A stretch of 64,000 nucleotides of DNA from the NCBI RefSeq assembly GCF_031769215.1, contig NW_026782468.1:62001-126000 (forward strand), read 5' to 3'. Of this stretch, positions 13,881 to 27,779 are shown piece after piece. Positions within the stretch are counted from its first letter, which is position 1, and every line of letters starts with the position of its first letter. A program made the translations under genes and the position numbers. This stretch comes from Ylistrum balloti. Taxonomy: Eukaryota. Under the pieces are notes generated by a model. The model did no database searches. It saw nothing but the letters and a program-made list of their open reading frames with translations, and was not told where the DNA came from.

Positions 13881-14835
13881 ACATTCCTGCTTTCCCTCCC
13901 AATGATATTTACATGTTGTAGTTGATCCGATATCAAATGACTTGTTCCAAAAATCATTATTTCCACAAAAACGGTTGATAGCTGACAACTGACAACACAC
14001 AGGCATTTGAGATATGCAAGTTGATAAGAAGGAGGAGGAAGATGGCAACGTTTGAAGGTCATCATCATTATTACCACATCGGAACATATTGTATCCCATT
14101 GTCCGATATGAAGTTAGGCGCTGTTAGATCCTAGGGACATGATGAATTTCATGCAATTTGAAACATCATTACAAAACCGAACAAATATCGATAGAAATAT
14201 CGGCCTACTTGATGACTGTGCAGTGCAATGCATAAATGTTAAAATTGTGTATCCTAATGTGTCTGTATTATTATCGTGTTAAACACTTCGATGACTAAGT
14301 ACGTTGATGTGAATCATTACACTGTTTGTTTTGTGTACTCGTGAAATCAGTGAAATGACTGTACCATTTTACTGAGTCGCCATTTTAAATGACAGTTCGC
14401 TTAGATTACATGATTTCCTCAGGATCTGAAAACCTGGACATTTTGGTTCCATTTTATGACGTTGTGGTGGTCTATATACGTTGAGATGGAATTTTTCATT
14501 AAAGCGTGAACGATTTTCGTATTCGAGATTTTAAAAAGTATGTATTTTTTCACTAGATTCTTTGCTTCCTAATCAAATATTCAGAGTAACTCGATAAATC
14601 CAGTATTAGACACTCGCTTTGGAAGTGCAGTTACCTAAAAGGATAAACACTTTTGTTTACAAAGAAGCAAAATAAAAAGACGGTGTGAAACAGAACATTT
14701 AGTATATTTGATGTACTTAACAACTAAGCCAGCTTCATCAAATAACGACAGTAACAAAAAGTCAGCTTCATCCAACAACGACATTAACAACTAAGTCAGC
14801 GTCATACAATAACGACAGCAACAACAAGGTCAGTG

Positions 14836-17558
14836 TCATCCAACAACGACACCACTAGTATCCTCACTGCAGATAAAATAATAATTATAATGACTTTATA
14901 ATGAAGCACAGATCACGATGTAAACAACGTCAAGCTAGCATGTTACAGGGTTCTGATTGAGTTACTGGTTCAATATGTGTTATACATCAATACAAGCTAA
15001 CATGTCACAGGGTTCTGATGGAGTAACTGGTTCAATATGTGTTATACATCAATACAAGCTGACATGTCACAGGGTTCTGATGAAGTAACTGGTTCAGTAT
15101 GTTTTATGCATCAGTTACAGGTTTCTGATGGAGTAACTGATTCAATATGTTTTATACATCAATACAAGCTGACATGTCACAGGGTTCTGATGAAGTAACT
15201 GGTTCAGTATGTTTTATGCATCAGTTACAGGCTTATGATGGAGTAACTGGTTCAATAATTTTTATACATCAATACAAGCTGACATGTCACACGGTTCTGA
15301 TGAAGTAACTGGTTCAATATGTTTTATACATCAATACAAGCTAACATGTTACAGGGTTCTGATGGAGTAACTGGTTCAATATGTTTTATACATCAATACA
15401 AGCTAGCATGTTACAGGGTTCTGATGGAGTAACTGGTTCAATATGTGTTATACATCAATACAAGCTAACATGTTACAGGGTTCTGATGGAGTAACTGGTT
15501 CAATAATTTTTATACATCAATACAAGCTAACATGTTACAGGGTTCTGATGGAGTAACTGGTTCAAAAAAGAAATATGTGGCATTTTAATCTTAATTGCTT
15601 ACAGAAACAATATCTCATACAAATGGGTTCCAAAGTTATATTTATGTTTTGGTATTCATTTCTGTATTCGCCTCGCGTTTTTGCAACTGGAATACCTGAA
15701 AACCTCTAAATAGATACGCGATTTATTTTCTGAAATAATGAGCAAACTCAGGCTTGGTAATGTAAGTAACTTAAGGATTACTGATCATGGTGAAACAAAC
15801 CTAGATCCACTTTAACAAACAATGTAGAACTTTGGTTTATGTACATACTATACTAAACGTAATTGATTAATTGATTGATTGATTGATTGATTGATTAATT
15901 GATTGATTGATTGATTGATTGATTGACAGGTTTTCCGTCTCTGTGACTCCTCCCTTTTCCGGGTATCATCTCACCGACGAACGTCAGTATTCTGGCGACG
16001 TGAATACGTCACGTAAGTTAACGAATACAAACATACCCAATCTCACAAATGAAGTTGTTTCTGTCGTTACACTTCAGATCACGCCAATATAAGTGCGAGC
16101 TGCTGAGGACTGCTGCTATACAATTCTCCTCATGATTATCGTCTGGTTCATCTGGGTTCCAGTTTGTGTAACCGAAACGCTCATCATTTTCCAACCATCG
16201 CCAATCTCCCTCCACAAACGAGTCTGATCCTCCCAACCAAAACATCCTACCGTGCGAATGTGCATCTAAGTAAATAAATGGATTTACGTCGTATAATGTA
16301 ACTGTATAACATCTATTTGTTATTATCATCATTTCACAATATTAATTGATGAATTGTACAAAAATAGATAAATGAATAACGAAATAAAGTGAAGATTAGC
16401 AATTTTAGCAAATTCTAGAATTAGAGTAAACTAAATAATGAATTGGAGTACACCATACCGCTGTTTCGTCCTTCTAGGACTTGCCAGTGATGCTAAGGGC
16501 CTAATGTGTGAAACCTAGGAGCTGAGAGACGAAAATCCAAAGTGGTCGAAAACAGTCAAGACCAAGACGGGGAGGTGCATTAGCCCTTTAGTTAAATAAA
16601 TATAGTAATTTTCCCAAGTCGGATAATCTTAGAAGAAAGTTAAGAGCATGTGTTTGTCCTGAACCACGCCAATATTCGAATGAATTAAGTGTCATGCAGG
16701 TTATGTAGTATCACTCTCTCTCTAAAAAAGTAGCAAGCCCACTTTTCACGAATACAGTATATTGACTTTACATCCAATATTTTCTCATAAAACAATGAAA
16801 TGCAGTGCAGTATATGTTGTGGACAGTACTTGTGGACTTTTAATCTCCGAGGTTGGCCATGACCTGCATGCCACGGTTTCATTTATTTAATATAGCCATG
16901 TTTCAGACGGGGATTTTTTATGATAAAAAATCAATGAAAGTCACGAAATCTATTGAATTGTGGGACTTTTTTTTTCTCCATTAGGTTCGATTTTCCTTGA
17001 TCGCATTTCCAACGTTTCAACATTTAGACCCTTAGCATCACCGATGAGTTCCAGCAAGACGAAACAGCTGTACAGAAATGCAGCGGTAATTCTGAATTTG
17101 TCTTCGAATGCGCTGTTCACCTTTTTGTTTTTTGTAAATCTATAACAACGAGGGATTGTTTTTGGCCAAGTTCCTAACACGCTAACACATTTACACTCAC
17201 AGAAACACTTTGAATATGACTACAAGGGTCATTTTTATTTTTATCCTATTTTATTTTAAGAGATCTTTTAAAAAAGTAATTCAAATTGTGTTACATTTAA
17301 AACTGATTTAGATATACATTTGTTGAAATGCTGAAGCTACATACCATGATACTTGTTGACCAACTGTTTCAGAAAATTGTTCTCGTACGCATCTTCAATC
17401 TCAGCTAGATGAGCATGGTACAATTTACATGTGCTCTGTAAAAGGAAGCACAAACTTTGTTACAAGAAGGTATTTTGACTGATTGTATACCAAAGAAAAA
17501 CATTCATCCATTCTGACAATAACGAAATCAGTGAGAATATATTTAAAAAAAAAAAAAC

Positions 17559-17594
<36 letters not shown>

Positions 17595-18471
17595 CTGATA
17601 GACAACGTACACTATGACATTCTTCCATTCTGACAACAATAACGAAATCAGTGAGAATATATTTACATATATATATATACAACGTACACTATGACAGTCA
17701 GGTGTAGGAACGTTAGGTATATTTGAGCACAACAGCAGCATATTGCAATTAATGAAATACATACTGCTGAAGGACATTATAGTTACCAATGCCGCGGACC
17801 AGTCTTCCGACATGTTGGGCACAAAGTAGCAGGAGCCTTCAAATGATTCCCAGCCGTTCGGACATCCTCGGACCGCTGTGTATGATGTACATGATGCAAG
17901 TATAAAACAAATAACNNNNNNNNNNNNNNNNNNNNNNNNNNNNNNNNNNNNNNNNNNNNNNNNNNNNNNNNNNNNNNNNNNNNNNNNNNNNNNNNNNNNN
18001 NNNNNNNNNNNNNNNNNNNNNNNNNNNNNNNNNNNNNNNNNNNNNNAACCAGAAAATCCCTTTAGAACAATCAAGTATGTTTGCTCTCGCACAAGAAATG
18101 ACTCGTTAAATTATCAATAAAAATGGCAAAATAATTTTGATGACAATGAATAGATCAATGGAAAAGCTTTACTAAATGTTTGCTCTATAAACTTCAATGA
18201 TTAAGTCCGTCTGATAGCTTGTGTGACGTAAGTTGGGTGCATCGGCATTCATACTTCATATTTTCACTGTATAAATATGGTAAATAAGTTTTCCTGACGT
18301 AGTGACATGGAAAAGACGTATAGATACATATATGACAAGCTATCATTTTGATATATATTGAGTCTCAATAAGATTTATTACTAAATCTTGAAGCTCATAA
18401 AAACGAATTCCATTCTTACCGTTGATAATTAGGATGGTACACAAAAGACCTAACCGTAAGATATAAACCAT
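14836..18471 (-). CDS. C-type lectin gene B (perlucin-like), complete
   Basis: Exons 18420-18471, 17787-17875, 17345-17435, 16037-16265 and 14836-14866, all GT-AG and in frame. Protein MVYILRLGLLCTILIINAVRG-CPNGWESFEGSCYF...FWLGGSD...EPD...WRD.KC...FICEIGEDTSGVVVG*. N-gap lies in intron 1. Confidence 0.88.
14935..15566. repeat. 62-bp minisatellite in intron 4 of gene B (with shorter deletion variants)
   Basis: Unit catcaatacaagctaacatgttacagggttctgatggagtaactggttcaatatgttttata, about 11 copies. Confidence 0.9.
15861..15925. repeat. (ATTG)n microsatellite
   Basis: Direct reading. Confidence 0.95.
17916..18046. other. Assembly gap (N run)
   Basis: Run of n. Confidence 0.98.
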
Positions 18472-19229
18472 TTTCACGTTCCCGATGCCTCTATTGCTAT
18501 CTCCGCTAACTCAAAAGTACTGTCTTATCTCCGTACCATTTTGACCTCATCCAAGGAAAACTGAGGTCAAAACTAACTTCCGAAAAAACCCAGTAGTTAC
18601 ACATCATGAGAATGACAACATGTCCTTCCAAACTATTGAGTAACAATTGTTCAGTCAACGCCTTACTAATACACCCCCCCACCATCAAACGATTCCTTAT
18701 CTACGCTTTTGTCGCCTACTGATATGATATGGCGTTTACATATCAACTGAGAATGCCTACTACTTTTATTTTCATTTCCGAAATATTGTATAGATCATAA
18801 TGCAACCAGAATTGGACAACAGGCAAAGCCTATGAAAGATTGTACAAAAGACATACAAGTGAATAGCACCTTTTCATGATTTCGGGTGAGGTACAGTAAC
18901 GCCAAACAATGAATAAAACTGCATCATACAGTTGTTTCGGCCTCCGAGGATTCGTCAGTGTTGTCAAACTTTTGAGGCCCAGGAGGCGACTAAAGCCAGC
19001 TCTTCAACAAATTGAACACAATACACATCAATTTAATTACAAATCTGCATAACAGTTACAAAATAGTGTGTAATGATGAAATATGAAAAAAAGAGATATG
19101 ACTACTTGATTTTTTTATCATTATGCTACATATTTTTTATAATTCATAAAATCTACCACAGATATCAGTCCGTTACTTGGTCGGCAGGTCACCACAGAGA
19201 AATTGTCCATTAAATTTCGGAACAATTTC

Positions 19230-20530
19230 TTCATGTTGGTAATGTCAACAGAATAGTAACAAGACCAGTATAAGATTTGTGTGTGACGTTTCGATGACTA
19301 TATAGTCACCTTTATCAGACAAATGACCAGTAAAGCGTACTAGTACTGACGAATTTAGTGCACGAGCTGATAAGGACTCGACCTACTTTTTCGACTGTAC
19401 TATAATCCTATATACGTTGTACACTAGAGTCGAAAATAGTATGACGAACAGGTAAACTGGCCTATCATGATTTTACCAGCAGACATGTTGAAACAACAGT
19501 CATCATGGACACTGACGAATACGTGAACAAGTCACAGTTTTGCTCGAAGAAAACAAAACATATGTAAAACTCAAGAACAACCCTACCCAAAAGTTCACAA
19601 ACTGCGGGTATCTATCTTATCAAAACTAAAGCAATGAAATAAGATAACCGAATCACAATATAGACACCTGTATCCCACTGCAGAGAACATAGTTAGAATG
19701 TACTGCACACCCAAGGTCCAAAAATAAGGGAACTCACTACAGCCTATATTGCACTATACTGGTTCCATTGGTTACAATGTCTCCGGGTCACTAGCAGACA
19801 TTTTGGGACCCCTGGTGGGAAAATCAACAACACACCAACCAACAAGGCACTTGAGATCATTAGAGGCGACATAGAGTAAGACCGGTCATTGCAAAAGAAC
19901 ACCAATCTCCATATCCAAGACCTCACGGTTTCATTAGAATTTGAACATACAACAACATACTTTGCCTTCTGAGATATCCTCATCAGCAACGGCTTGGTAA
20001 GGCCACGTGTAGTCCAGTGTCTCCGATTGTGGCCAAACTATTCATGGCGAAGAGGCTGTGGCCACCGTAGAATGCAATCCAAGTCTGGAAGCGGTATATT
20101 AATAGCATATTGAAATATTAAAAAAAAGGTCACAGAAAGTTCTGACTGAACATATCAATATCGTAGATACCACCAACAGCATCATATTCACTGTGATGAA
20201 GAAATCAATGGCACTAAACTATTTCCCGACACCCTCCTTGTAAAGAATAAAATGACAGTACTATCAAAGTATTTGTCTATAGGAAAAAGACGCACACTTA
20301 CCAATACCTCAACTTCCAATCGCAAAACTCCTTACACCAAGTTTGGCGTTGCTCAAACATTGCTCCATAGATGTGAATTGATTATCAAAGAAAAACAAGA
20401 CAAGAAACAATAACAAAATCACATGCATAGCGACATGAAAATATATGGATGCCCCTATAGAGGAGTCCAGAAAGGTAACAACGAAGTTGATAAAAGCAAA
20501 AAGGCGAAGAGACGAAAGATCATCTACTAA
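19230..20530 (+). mobile_element. Penelope-like retroelement relic, copy 1 (inverted pLTR plus RT fragments)
   Basis: CTPKVQK..NSLQPILHYTGSIGYN and SPVSPIVAKLFM peptides typical of Penelope RT; pLTR at 5' end. Confidence 0.8.
19282..19324 (-). ncRNA. Hammerhead ribozyme motif, core variant CUGAUAA
   Basis: Minus strand: tgt-CTGATAA-a-ggtgacta/ta/tagtcatc-GAA-ACGT-C-aca; 8-bp stem II, but G8 is changed to A. Confidence 0.45.
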
Positions 20531-20547
20531 AAGCGATTAATATTATC

Positions 20548-21660
20548 AAGGAATCTCTTAACTAAATCCACAATATATAGTGGTTTCATCGTGATTAGGA
20601 CAGTCATGTAGAAAGGGTTTGGAAGGTAGAAGAAATGGCATCACTAAGAGCAGAAAAAGAGTTAAAGAGAAGTTGTCTTTGATGAAGTGACCACAATCCT
20701 CTACACGAAATCCACATAAGCAGGCAGAGCTATATGTTGGATCGGGGACTTAAACCCATCTACGTTAAAGTAGTTTTCTTAGATGGCAAAATAGCCCATA
20801 CAATATCTGCATATTCAGGAATAGGACGGATAAATGTTTAACATGTAGGCCATACAATATCTGCATATTCAACAATAGGACGTACACATGTTTTCTTTAT
20901 AGCCTATACAATACAAGTTTACTTCCGACTCTAGTTCGACGCCAATATCATTTACATATAATAAAAAAAGATATTGTCCTAAAGCTGATCCCAGTAGTAC
21001 CCTGCCGTTAGGGTTTTCCATGTAGATTTAGAGCCATTTATGATAACCCTTTTCTCCTATTTGTTAGGTTGGATCCGAATTATTTTAACATATTATCACA
21101 TATACCATGCTTTTTCCCATTTAGAAATCAAACCATTGTACCAAACATTATCAAATACCTCGAGATGTTTGACGATTTCATCATGGATACTTAATAGCTA
21201 AAAAAGAAGACAGAAGAATTTTAGGGTGATGCTGAAAAATCATATTTTCTCATGGCAGAGATTTTATGAAAATAAGGAGTAATTGATATGGGTTAGTTGG
21301 GTCTCAAATTTCATGTGTAGATCCCTCTTGGTCCTTAGTTGTGTCATTTTGTCTGTGCGACTGATTTGATAAAGCTAAAAATGGCCGATATGTGACAATC
21401 TTGTATTTGGCAGTAAAAGATTATTATCGCCATTTCTGGACAGAAAATTTTTAATTTCATATAATTCAGAGCAAAAAATGAGGGGAAAAAAGAGGGAAAA
21501 GATCAACTTTAAAAGAGCAAGAAATCAGACAATGATGGGCGTCAAGATCCCTCTGGAATCTCTCATCGAATTCTGTCGATTGACCAATCATCTCATCACA
21601 TGATGCTGAAAATCTTTGAGAGAAATTTATATTGATGTTTGATTAGAAAGAGTGTTTTCC
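20548..21660 (-). mobile_element. CR1/L2-like LINE RT relic, copy 1
   Basis: VFDNVWYNGL, GV.QGSALG...YIND and TFIRPIPEYADIVW peptides with frameshifts and internal deletions. Confidence 0.75.
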
Positions 21661-21744
21661 CGTTGATGAGTTATCAGTTATCAAATTGTATTATTGCTAT
21701 GTAGGACGCATTAGGGTATTTTAATGATAGTGTGCATTCGACAG

Positions 21745-22165
21745 GCCATGTGATTGTGTATATCTGACAGGACACGTGATCGTGTACATCTGACGGGACA
21801 TGTGATCGTGTACATCTGACGGGACATGTGATTTTGTACATCTGACGGAGCATGTGATTGTTAACATCTGACAGGTGTGACATACATGACGGGATCTGAA
21901 TGTGATCGTGTACATCTGACGGGACATGTGATTTTGTACATCTGACGGAGCATGTGATTGTTAACATCTGACAGGACATGTGATCGTGTACATCTGACGG
22001 GAAATGTGATCGTGTACATCTGACGGGAAATGTGATCTTGTACATCTGACGGGGCATGTGATTGTTAACATCTGACAGGACATGTGTTCGTGTAAATCTG
22101 ACGGGGCATGTGATTGTGTACATCTGACGGGACATGTGACCGTTACATCTGACAGGACATGTAAT
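21745..22165. repeat. 26-bp minisatellite, unit-1 allele (about 16 copies)
   Basis: Unit cgtgtacatctgacgggacatgtgat. Confidence 0.9.
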
Positions 22166-22535
22166 CTTTTACATCCAATTTACTAAATCCTTTCAGCGTA
22201 TAGCTACATTCCGATATCGCTTTGTTGTCAGTAAATTTAATCCGTTTTAAGTTTTAATAATAATACCGTAAACACTTCATCATAATTTTGTACATAGATA
22301 GGATTAACATTACACCTGTGTACGATGGCATCTACAGAAAATTTTATTTCTCCTTAGGGTCTAGATGTACTATTTTATATTTATCTCAGTCGAAACTCAC
22401 AGTGACTCCTTAAACCCGTCCATGGATCAACATTCAGAATAATGTCCATGTAATTTACAAAGAATAAATATAAATCAAACTATGATTTTTTAAAACCTTT
22501 TATTTGATATAATTTTAAATATATATATATGTTCT

Positions 22536-24514
22536 TTAAAATCGTGTTATATCCGTAATGATTCGAGAAACAATATGTGTGATTATTAAGTTCCATTGCC
22601 ACTCCGGGAAATTTATTGATTCACTTTCGACCAAATTCAATCCATTGAAACCTGAAAGAAAATATAGAAATAGGACAGAAAAAAACCCCAAAACAATTAC
22701 TTGTATACGTACCCTCATTGCCTTCAGTACCAAAGACATTGCCACGATCTTCATTATCTCTGTAGTTAGTGAACTGTATTATAGAACTGAAGAAAAAAAT
22801 CTTAACTGCCTAACTTGTAACTGATCAAAATATGTAGCTTAAATTCTTCAGCTCAAAGAAGAGCTTCAATGACTTCTGAACGGATCGCTAAGAACATTTG
22901 TTGAATTACCAACACTGTCACTTTGATTGACGACAAATCAGTTCACACGATAATATCACTGACTACAAATCAGTTCTACTTACTAGCAGTTCTTACAGTT
23001 ACAGACAACCATTCTCAAGATAGTTTTATGGAATAATTAGCTGATCTCGAGATATTATCACTGAATAAGTAACAGTTCTCACAATAGCTGTTCTGAGAGT
23101 TGTTCTCGTGTTATATTAAATGAACATACCTGTTCTCCTTTATCTCACAAATATAAAAAATTCTGATCATGCATGGTCGATCTCTCCATCGGAAAGTCGA
23201 ATGAGAATAAGTGAGATATCCTTCTAAACAGTCCTCGCCAGAGGAGTGGTGATTGTTTGGCTCGCCCGGGTTCCAGTTAGTGTAATCCAGGTACTGACCA
23301 CTTTCATACCATCTCCAGTCTCCTTCCACAAATATGTCATTCCCGCCGAGCCAAAAGTCACGATGGTCAGCTGAGTACAAAAGCAATCATTGATGAAATA
23401 AGAATGAATATAGTGACGATTCTTTTTCGTCCTTTTGATTGCAATCCAAAAGATTTTGTACAATGATTTTTCGTATTTTCAAACATGTATTAAGGTAAAC
23501 AAGAAAATAATACCGTCACTGTGAAAGACACAGGAGTGAATGAAAAGCGCTCGAGACGTCAATACATCAGCATTATCAATCTCATTAACATAAATGAAAG
23601 CACAGCCTACTATGAAGTTGTATAAGCATTTGCCTCAAGAAATTGTCCTCTTGTGCATCTTCAACTTCAGCGAGGTGGGCGTGGAACGATGAACATGCGT
23701 CCTGTTTAAGATATCAAAGTTATTAAAGTGTTACATGGAGACAACTGACATAGTACCACGAGAACAAGATACGTTTTTCGGAAGTTTAAGTAACTTCTGA
23801 GGTCTTCATGAATGTCACCATATGAACATTGGTCAATCTAAGTATGTAATGTCAAGTTCCTAAATGAGAACAATGTTAACAAAAATGAAACCAAATGTCA
23901 GACTTACGAGCATTAAACATGTCCAACTGCAAAATGCACACACAAAACAAAATCTCAATGACATTATTATGAAGACTTTAAAACTTACTCATGAATGGCT
24001 CTTTTTTTTTATCTTAATAACATATATCAAATCAACGAATGACCAACTCATTCAGAACAACGACAGGAAAATATGCAAATCAATTACGAGAGCCAAATTA
24101 ATCAAATATCAATAAAATTTTAATGAAAAAAGTTATGAATATTTATTAATTAGTCTTTGAAATGTATTCCAGACAATGTACAATCAAAGTCGTCTAAGTT
24201 ACCGATGCTGCAGTCCAGTTTTTCCTGTCATCGGACACAAAATAGCAGGAACTATTATAGGTTTCCCAGCCGTTTGGACATCCACAGATCACTGGAAATC
24301 AATCAGCTATAAGCGTTTAACATGGAACAAGCCATGTAGCAGTACAGTCGACACATGACTCTATATATTGTTAAAATATAACAATTAATTGGACATTAAT
24401 ATTTAACTTCCAATAAGACAAAACTTTGTTGTAAGTCAGGAGTTAAATCATAAAGACTTTAAAATGTTGTATGTTGTTGAAAAGTATATTACCGTGAAAA
24501 AGTAAAACAAACAT
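22536..24514 (-). CDS. C-type lectin gene C1 (EPN/WRD); start and 3' exons provisional
   Basis: Exons 24493-24514 (MFVLLFH; short, true start may lie upstream), 24203-24291, 23611-23701, 23130-23370, 22713-22759 and putative 22536-22651; phases 1,0,1,2,1. CTLD: [14 protein letters not shown]...FWLGGND...EPN...WRDRPC...YICE. Confidence 0.75.
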
Positions 24515-25017
24515 CTTCAGTGAAAATAATAGTGCCTTTAAATAAGTCCTCACATTGAATTCTTCTAAAATTACTATCTGAAAGAAAATCGTGTGATAAA
24601 TCCCTGCTACAGTATGTTTATACATGTATTATGATCAGAGACACCAACGAAATGTATGTTATTATCTTCGAAAAACACTGTGAAATTTAAGTTTGAGATA
24701 GATGCGTATGATCACAAATCTTACCCTGACCCAACACAACTATGAAAATCGGACCGAATCTTGCAAGGTAAGTCATTGTTGTTGTACCGTCAAAAACCGA
24801 TCTATACTACATTGTAGACATGACCAACAGATAACGACTTATCTTATAACGTAACATATAATGGTTTCTACTGAGGACCACCTATACAGAAGAGGGGAAG
24901 TGGACTAAGAATATAGAAAAGTTAAAACTGGAATATTGTATTATTATCTTATGTTTATTTCCGACAAGTAACTGCATTATTATTGAGTAACGGCACCAGT
25001 TGCAGGCTCAGTCACGG

Positions 25018-26676
25018 TCAGCCAATCACGATTGCTCCAGAACTGTCACTGAAAGTAAAGTACTTCAAGTACTGGTGCATAAGTGATTTGGAGAGTCTCT
25101 TAACGAATGAGGATATAATTTCAAAAATAAGCAAGCTGTGAATGTATCAATTAAATTTAATACTTGTATCCTTATTAATGACACATGTGTATCCTTGGTA
25201 ATGTCACATTTGTATCATTTGAATTAAGAGATTGTTTAACGATGTCAATCAAGGCTTTAGATCACCCTTTTATATTTCTTTGGACAATTAACAAGCATCA
25301 CTAACAGGACAGAATATTATATCTATTTTACTGTTATGTTAGTCATTTGGTTATTTTTTTTTTTAAATTTCTTATTGTTTTTTCTTTTTTGTGTTCTAAA
25401 ATCCTCACAAAAATATCATGTAAAGACCGTTTATTGAAATTGTCCTGAATTTTCGATATTCCTGTAATATTACTATGGCTGGTTTGAAACATTCGGCAAA
25501 ATTAACACGTTCAAAACACTATCAACATTTAAAGAATCTCCAGTTTTTAAATATGCTTCTTCACCTTAATGCAGACTTACCCGATCTCACAAATGAAGTT
25601 ATTTTGTTCTTTGCATGGTCTATCATCCCATCGATACTCTCGATTTTGCCTTATTGCAACAATCAAACAATCTTCTTTTTGGCTATGGTAGCTGTTTGGT
25701 TCGCCGGGGTACCACTTTGTGTAGTTGAAACGCTGGTCAGAGTATACCCATCGCCAGTCACCTTCCACAAATATGTCCGCCCCGCCTAACCAATATTCAG
25801 CATCATTCGAGTGGCCATCTACAGAAATAAAACGACTCGCAAAAGAATAATGAATTGATTGTCAGTATATAACAAAGACATCATGAGCACAGGTAGAGTT
25901 TTGTATTGTTTTGAATTTGTATATAATTTGCTTTTTGTGAACAACTGACGGTAAGAAAAAAAAGTACTGATGAAGATAATGGAGTATTGACATAATTTCA
26001 CTATCACTATCACTGATGCTCGTTAGTATGCCTTGTGATTTAGTTGTCATCGTCTGGTGCTTATCTTTCACGTTTATCTAGGTCACCTGCTCGATCTTTT
26101 ATCTGTCTTTTTTCTGTAAGAATCCTGGTCTTATTCCACAGGTCCTTTCTAGGTAACTTTATTCTAATTTTCATACGGTTTTTTTTTCTTTTAAGAAACC
26201 TGGTTCTATTCTTCACGTATATTTTTTATTATGAGATCTGTTATCTATTCTTCTTGTTTTTAGAAAACCTGGTCTTTTTCACGTGTTTTTTCGTAATCTA
26301 TTCTCATTCTTCACGTTTTCTTTATTATAGGTGCCTGATCTTATGGTTGATGTTTAGAAATTATGTCTTCATGTGTTTTTTTATCACAGGTGGTATATAT
26401 TTCCTTTGTTCATATTTTGAGTGTTTTGGAGTTTTGAGGTATGTTTGCTCGTAATTCCTTTTTTTAGCATAAATTTATGTGCAACTTTCATTTCTCGATT
26501 TAAAATTCTCACTCGCTAAATGGGCTGAAAGGTCAGCATGATTTATTAAATGCCTATAAATAGTGATAAAAAAACGGCACCTTACCATGATATTTCGAGA
26601 TTATTTGTTTAAGAAAGGTGTCCTCCCTTGCGCTTTCAATTTCAGCAAGATGGGCATGATACAATCCACATGTTGA
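25018..26676 (-). pseudogene. 5'-truncated C-type lectin cassette D1 (exons 3-5 only, ORF and splice sites intact)
   Basis: Exons 26586-26676, 25581-25818 and 25018-25048 (STCGLYHAHL...EPN...WDD...CEIGDSSGAIVIG*); no exon 1 or 2 before the junction at 27076. Confidence 0.8.
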
Positions 26677-27779
26677 CTGAAATTGTTAACAAATTCTTAA
26701 AATCAGTCTGGAAGTAATATGAATCAATCTTCAAATAAAATGAAAATACCTCCATTTACCTACAACATCCCCACCCAAACCCTCGAAAACGATAATCATG
26801 TCAGAATCATGGTTAATTTTTACATTCTATTCAATTTACAAATTCTCAAATGAAAATAAAAACGACCAAGGAATCTTTGCTGTGCGCTCTTTCAACCATA
26901 AGCAAATTCAAATATCTGTTTCATTTCAACTAATTTCATTGTATAAAAAATTTGATGACTTGATAGACCTATACAAACTATCAATATTGGTGGTATGAAA
27001 TATACATTATATATTTTGCATATAATCATATAGTTATAATATATTTGTGAGAATATTACCATTTATTCATACACACTCATTCAAGTAAAAAACTGAAGTC
27101 AAAACTAACTTCCGAAAAAACCTAGTAGTTACACATCATGAGAATGACAACATGTCCTTCCAAACTATTGAGTAACAATTGTTTAATCATCGCCTTACTA
27201 CTACATATACCTCACAACTTCCAAAAATAACCCCCCTCCCCCATCAAACGATTCCTTATCTACGCTTTTTGTCGCCTACTGATATGATATGGCGTTTACA
27301 TATCAACTGACAATGCCTGTTACTTTTATTTTCATTTCCGAAGTATTGTATAGATCATAATGGAAACGGAATTGGACAACAGGCAAAGCCTATGAAAGAT
27401 TGTACAAAAGACATACAAGTGAATAGCACCTTTTCATAATTTCGGGTGAGGTACAGTAACGCCAAACAATGAATAAAACTGCATCATACAAGCCTCCGAG
27501 GATTCGTCAGTGTTGTAAAACTTTTGAGGCCCAGGAGGCGACTAAAGCCAGCTCTTCAACAAATTGAACACAATACACATCAATTTAATTACAAATCTGC
27601 ATAACAGTTACAAAATAGTGTGTAATGATGAAATATGAAAAAAAAGAGATATGACTACTTGATTTTTTTATCATTATGCTACATATTTTTTATAATTCAT
27701 AAAATCTACCACAGATATCAGTCCGTTACTTGGTCGGCAGGTCACCACAGAGAAATTGTCCATTAAATTTTGGAACAAT

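Larger units (their letters stand above)
18546..27075. repeat. Tandem segmental duplication unit 1 (about 8.5 kb; PLE, CR1, gene C1, cassette D1)
   Basis: Colinear with 27076-37614 (offset about 10520 over genes C and D) and 37615-51988; begins ctcatccaaggaaaactgaggtc. Confidence 0.9.

Noticed and set aside
14935-15566. Repeated CTGATGA words suggesting C/D-box snoRNAs or hammerheads
   Set aside because: Present only in some repeat variants, with no GAAA partner or stems; ordinary minisatellite
17460-18120. 210-aa and 80-aa ORFs spanning the N-gap
   Set aside because: Only the embedded exon 2 of gene B (17787-17875) is real; the rest is intron and gap
21674-22135. 153-aa ORF with C/H-rich repeats (also 32459-32653 and 41117-41404)
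   Set aside because: Translation of the 26-bp minisatellite
25862-26454. Hydrophobic ORFs in D intron 3 (also 36417-36972 and 50797-51286) resembling membrane proteins
   Set aside because: T-rich degenerate repeats (cctggtcttattcttcacg...) read as F/L/I; frames are not conserved among the three units
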